This document shows, piece by piece, positions 34,483-36,220 of a stretch of 36,220 nucleotides of DNA (the stretch's first letter is position 1; every line of letters starts with the position of its first letter). The notes beneath the pieces are model-generated. The model was given only the letters and a program-made list of their open reading frames with translations. It did not search any database and was not told where the DNA came from. Source of the DNA: an uncultured Gammaproteobacteria bacterium (GTDB lineage: Bacteria > Patescibacteriota > Microgenomatia > Daviesbacterales > UBA10151); contig CAYMZB010000039.1 in NCBI GenBank assembly GCA_964394845.1, positions 1-36,220 of the forward strand, given 5' to 3'. The translations under genes and the position numbers were made by a program.

Positions 34483-34541
34483 CCGTTCTCTTTACCCCTT
34501 CATCAGAAGGTACAGGACAAGCAGCACCTGCATAATAAGTA

Positions 34542-34604
34542 TTGACAATGGAGGCAAGAAGTTGGACTATAGAATTAGAAGTAAAATTATGAATAATTCT
34601 GCCC
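34542..34604 (+). repeat. direct repeat copy B (uninterrupted)
   Basis: Partner of 33562-33684. It contains ttgacaat ... tatagaat followed 13 nt later by ATG 34589. Confidence 0.85.
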
Positions 34605-34625
34605 ATAATTCTAGTGGGATTAGTA

Positions 34626-34644
34626 CTCTCTCTCTCTCTCTCTC
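34626..34644. repeat. (CT)9.5 dinucleotide microsatellite
   Basis: ctctctctctctctctctc read directly. Confidence 0.95.
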
Positions 34645-34684
34645 ATAAAGCCCAGTCAAAAGAAAAATTCTTTAGAAATATTCT

Positions 34685-34712
34685 CCCTTTGTTCGCAAGG
34701 GGATTTTTTTTG
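34685..34712 (+). terminator. weak intrinsic-terminator-like hairpin plus T8 run
   Basis: ccctt (34685-89) pairs with aaggg (34697-34701) around a 7-nt loop, followed by gattttttttg. The stem is only 5-6 bp. Confidence 0.35.
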
Positions 34713-34782
34713 TGAATGAGACGACGGTACGGGTAACCGGAGATATGCGAGGAAAACTGATCGGCAGCGGTTTTAATTTAAC

Positions 34783-35642
34783 ATGAACAAAAAAACTATT
34801 ATTCACGAATCCGATGACATAATCCTCAGGCTCAAAGCTTTGGCCAAAGAAAAAGAAGATATTAGGCTCAAGCTGGCGGTAACGGCAAAGAAACTTGCCC
34901 TCAAAGCCAAGCAGCTCGCCGTGATCGCCGAGGAAAAGGAAGATGTCAGGAAGAAGCTTGAGGTGACGAACGATAAGCTAGCTCGCGCAGAAAAATTGGC
35001 TATCCTTGGTAAACTAGCCGGCATCATGGGTCATGAGATTAGAAACCCTTTAGGGGTTATTAGAAATTCAATCTATTTCCTCACTATGAAATTCGGGGAA
35101 AGCACAGATGAGAAGGTGAAAGGCATATGGATATCATACAAGCAGAAATTGATGGCTGTGATAAAATCATTTCTGACGTTCTCGATTTTGCGAGGATCAA
35201 ACCACCTTCCATTACGGTAACAGAGATCAATAGCGTGGTTGAAACATCCCTTTCCAAAGCCAGTATCCCAAAGACAATTAAAGTCCAAACCCATTTAGGC
35301 GAGAATCTGCCCAAGGTAAAGGTTGACGTCTTGCAGATCGGACAAGTTTTTTTAAATATTATTTCCAATGCCATTGAGGCTATGCCCAAAGGTGGCGAGA
35401 TACAGGTTACGACTTCGCAAACTGATACATTCATATCCACCGCCTTTAAAGATACCGGTGTGGGCATTCCAAAAAAAAACATTAATAAACTTTTTGAGCC
35501 GCTTTTTAGTACCAAACCCAAAGGGCTTGGCTTGGGGCTTGCCGCCTGCCAGAATATTATCGTTGATCATCAGGGAAAGATTGAATTTAAAAGCCAGGAG
35601 GGGCAAGGAGCAACCTTTATTGTTACATTACCAATTGTATAA
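34783..35642 (+). pseudogene. sensor-less coiled-coil histidine kinase interrupted by a 1-nt frameshift
   Basis: ORF1 carries the H-box GHEIRNPL. ORF2 carries the N box (NIISNAIEAM), G1 (FKDTGVGI), F (LFEPLFSTK) and G2 (GLGLGLAACQ) boxes. The frames switch at gtgaaaggcat (35116-35126), and the 860-nt span is 3n+2. Confidence 0.7.
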
Positions 35643-35668
35643 AAATTAGTGGTTAATTAAAAATTAAT

Positions 35669-36220
35669 ATGACAAATAATATGTTAAAAATACTAATAGT
35701 AGACGATAGTAAGGAATTTTGCACGAGCCTGGCTGATATTTTGGAAGCGAAAGGATATGAGGTGGAATCAGAAAACTCCGGAGAAGCAGCCATCGCCAAG
35801 GTTAAAGAAAAATCATTTGATGTAATTCTTATGGATATTAAGATGCCGGTCATGAATGGAGTGGAGGCTTTTAAGAAAATTAAAAAAATCAGCCCCAGTA
35901 CCGCAGTAATTATGATAACTGCGTATTCTCTGGAAAACTTAATCAACGAGGCACTTGCCGAAGGAGCTTTTGGCGTTCTGCGTAAACCCCTAGACATTGA
36001 TAAGTTGATAGAGCAAATCGAACTAGCCAAGGAAAGGGGCATGCTCATACTCGTAACCGACGACGATCCCGCAACCAGAGAAACCTTTAAGGATGTGCTG
36101 GAAGCCAAAGGGTATAAGGTATCCACTGCGGTAACGGGAGAAGAAGCTATTGAGCAAAGCCGAGAAAGACCCGATGATATTTTGTTTATAGATATGAAAC
36201 TGCCTGCTTTAAATGGCTTG
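35669..36220 (+). CDS. response regulator with two tandem receiver domains (3' end beyond window)
   Basis: Hand translation gives MTNNMLKILIVDDSKEF..FDVILMDIKMPVMNG..VLRKPLDIDKL..MLILVTDDDPATRE..DILFIDMKLPALNGL. It is open to the window edge, and the listed antisense ORF 35653..36126 is its shadow. Confidence 0.85.
   Translation, partial: MTNNMLKILIVDDSKEFCTSLADILEAKGYEVESENSGEAAIAKVKEKSFDVILMDIKMPVMNGVEAFKKIKKISPSTAVIMITAYSLENLINEALAEGAFGVLRKPLDIDKLIEQIELAKERGMLILVTDDDPATRETFKDVLEAKGYKVSTAVTGEEAIEQSRERPDDILFIDMKLPALNGL

Noticed and set aside
34500-34535. SRP (4.5S) RNA-like motif ..aggacaagcagcacc..
   Set aside because: Only the partial word aagcagc matches the domain IV consensus. There is no GGAA tetraloop and no flanking long helix.
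35653-36126. 157-aa minus-strand ORF
   Set aside because: It is low-complexity Ser/Leu-rich sequence lying exactly antisense to a well-formed tandem-REC response regulator on the plus strand. I treat it as a shadow ORF.

Overview
AT-rich bacterial chromosome segment. Its gene content suggests a small-genome Patescibacteria/CPR (Microgenomates-like) organism; this is an inference, since no rRNA is present. The ORFs are consistent with the standard genetic code. About 46 genes are supported. Housekeeping genes include leuS, argS, ndk, mreB, comEA plus a minimal comEC, PBP1A, sortase and GT4/GT26 glycosyltransferases. The conserved rpmG/tRNA-Trp, secE-nusG-rplK-rplA and rplJ-rplL cluster is present on the minus strand, but two insertions (about 5.8 kb and 8.4 kb) break it into three collinear pieces. 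I added features missing from the ORF track: rpmG (54 aa), three tRNAs (Pro-CGG, Arg-CCU, Trp-CCA), a 55-aa ORF upstream of a RusA-like gene, and a partial tandem-REC response regulator running off the 3' edge. I also corrected the starts of rplK and several other genes. Most interesting items: (1) a dispersed GC-rich palindromic element family at gene ends that is read as C-terminal tails; (2) recurrent TGTAAAN-type heptamer arrays in intergenic spacers and, as a related palindromic heptamer block, inside leuS; (3) a repeated -10 box located 6-9 nt before ATG, suggesting leaderless mRNAs; (4) an XRE / operator-like repeat / small ORF / RusA cassette bracketed by about 60-bp direct repeats, followed by a (CT)n tract; (5) a surface-protein island with a HigB/HigA-like module inside the ribosomal protein cluster; (6) a secreted protein ending in an ATP-synthase c-subunit-like hairpin without the carboxylate, next to a b-subunit-like coiled-coil protein; (7) a cupin-type PGI homolog with all metal ligands replaced; (8) two 1-nt frameshifted genes. 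All homology calls come from motif recognition by eye and need database confirmation.
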